DNA from: Candidatus Gottesmanbacteria bacterium
GTDB taxonomy: Bacteria; Patescibacteriota; Microgenomatia; UBA10105; UBA927
Assembly: GCA_903821745.1 (NCBI GenBank)
Contig: CAIJMI010000002.1
Location: 1-46,334, forward strand
DNA length: 46,334 nt
Direction of reading: 5' to 3'
The translations under genes were made by a program, and so were the position numbers. Shown one piece after another: positions 45,073 to 46,334 of this stretch. A model generated the notes under the pieces. It was not told the DNA's origin. It was given only the letters and a program-made list of their open reading frames with translations, and did not search any database. Every line of letters starts with the position of its first letter. The stretch's first letter is position 1.

Positions 45073-46334
45073 ATGGACAATAAATCAACATTCGCAAATA
45101 TCGTCGATTTTTCCGGACTTGAAGTGCGGCTTGCATCAAGTGAGGATATTAAATCATGGTCATACGGCGAAGTAACGAAACCGGAAACCATTAATTACCG
45201 GACATTAAAACCAGAAAAAGACGGATTGTTTGATGAGAGAATCTTTGGGCCAACGAAAGACTGGGAATGTTATTGTGGAAAATACAAAAGAATCAGATAT
45301 CGGGGTATTGTCTGTGACAAATGCGGTGTTGAAGTAACTCAAAGTAAAGTTCGACGGGAACGCATGGGTCATATTACGCTTGCTGCACCCGTTGCGCATG
45401 TGTGGTTTTTTAAAGGTGCACCATCAAAGCTTTCTCTACTTCTCGACATGTCTCCACGAGCACTGGAAAGCGTTATCTATTTTGCTCAATATTTAGTTAT
45501 TCGTGTTGATGATGATAAGAAAAAAGCAGTGTTAAAACAACTTGCTGAGACTGGAAAAGGTCGAACGGACGAAATTGAAAAACGATTTAAAGAAGAAAAA
45601 GCAAAGAAACAAAAAGAATTATCTGAAGAAAAAGGATCCTTGAAAGAAAGAATCAAAGGGAAAGAAACACAAGATTTGGCTATTGCTGAAATGGGACTGA
45701 AAGAACGACAAGAACTGACACTTTTGGAAGATCAAATGAATAAAGAACAAGGAAAAGTGCAGGAAGTTGTCGATCAATTAGTTGCCATTGTTAAAAGCAT
45801 TAAGCCATTCTCCACAATAACAGAGGATGAATATTTGAAATTATTGGAATACGATGCTGTTGCGTGCTTCACCGTTGGTATGGGGGCAGAGGCAGTGTTA
45901 GAAGTGGTCAAACAAGTCAATCTCGATAAACTCGCAGCCGATCTTCATGAAGAAATCCGAAATACATCAGGACAACGCCATATCAAAGCAACAAAACGAC
46001 TTCGTGTCGTTGATGGCATGCACAAAGCAGGAATCAAACCACAATGGATGGTTCTTTCTATTTTACCAGTGATCCCACCAGATCTCCGGCCGATGGTGCA
46101 GTTAACCGGTGGACGATTTGCTACCTCTGATTTGAATGATTTGTATCGACGGGTGATTAACCGAAATAATCGGTTGAAGCACTTGATGGATCTTGGTGCA
46201 CCTGAAATTATTTTGCGGAATGAAAAACGTATGCTTCAGGAAGCAGTTGATTCATTAATTGATGCAACACAACGGCCATCATCTCGAGCGGTTATTCAGC
46301 CATTACGGTCACTTTCCGACATGCTTCGTGGAAA
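45073..46334 (+). CDS. rpoC: RNA polymerase beta' subunit, 5' part (runs off window end)
   Basis: My translation from ATG 45073: [44 protein letters not shown]...[34 protein letters not shown]. Confidence 0.99.
   Translation, partial: MDNKSTFANIVDFSGLEVRLASSEDIKSWSYGEVTKPETINYRTLKPEKDGLFDERIFGPTKDWECYCGKYKRIRYRGIVCDKCGVEVTQSKVRRERMGHITLAAPVAHVWFFKGAPSKLSLLLDMSPRALESVIYFAQYLVIRVDDDKKKAVLKQLAETGKGRTDEIEKRFKEEKAKKQKELSEEKGSLKERIKGKETQDLAIAEMGLKERQELTLLEDQMNKEQGKVQEVVDQLVAIVKSIKPFSTITEDEYLKLLEYDAVACFTVGMGAEAVLEVVKQVNLDKLAADLHEEIRNTSGQRHIKATKRLRVVDGMHKAGIKPQWMVLSILPVIPPDLRPMVQLTGGRFATSDLNDLYRRVINRNNRLKHLMDLGAPEIILRNEKRMLQEAVDSLIDATQRPSSRAVIQPLRSLSDMLRG

Noticed and set aside
1-46334. Alternative genetic code (TGA read as Gly) as in some CPR lineages
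   Set aside because: Conserved genes are uninterrupted under code 11, and TGA ends the sortase gene at an ATGA overlap.

Overview
Core-chromosome segment of a reduced-genome bacterium. Gene content and protein forms point to Patescibacteria/CPR, most likely Microgenomates (inference). TGA is used as a stop, so code 11 applies. Left to right: a minus-strand cell-surface/type IV pilus cluster (Cys-rich secreted protein, Fn3/Ig surface protein, PilO- and PilN-like proteins, GH39 glycosidase, cohesin-like protein) interrupted by rpsT and murJ; a CIRCE-controlled hrcA-grpE-dnaK-dnaJ operon; a reduced nusA-infB-DHH-rpsO-pnp region carrying a frameshifted vsr relic; a protease-less Lon-type AAA+ gene and rnj; typA; ftsK, rodZ-like and ytxH-like genes, alaS; a baseplate-J-like membrane protein, sortase, AMP-phosphorylase-like enzyme, mltG and a DUF2207-like gene; several small proteins, rlmN, a MazG-like gene, a second mltG, a plsC-like gene, rpoB and the 5' part of rpoC. 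I saw no tRNA, rRNA, CRISPR array or intact mobile element. Best leads: (1) a sortase with candidate non-canonical MP[TV]SGS sorting signals, on proteins that also share an N-terminal TM-[ST][RK]A motif; (2) a Lon ATPase module with no protease domain and no aromatic pore loop, between PNPase and RNase J; (3) terminator-like leaders before nusA, rpsO, typA and rpoB; (4) frequent leaderless-type promoters; (5) a tandem pair of two-Cys microproteins, one missing from the ORF track. All family calls come from motif recognition by eye, not from database searches.
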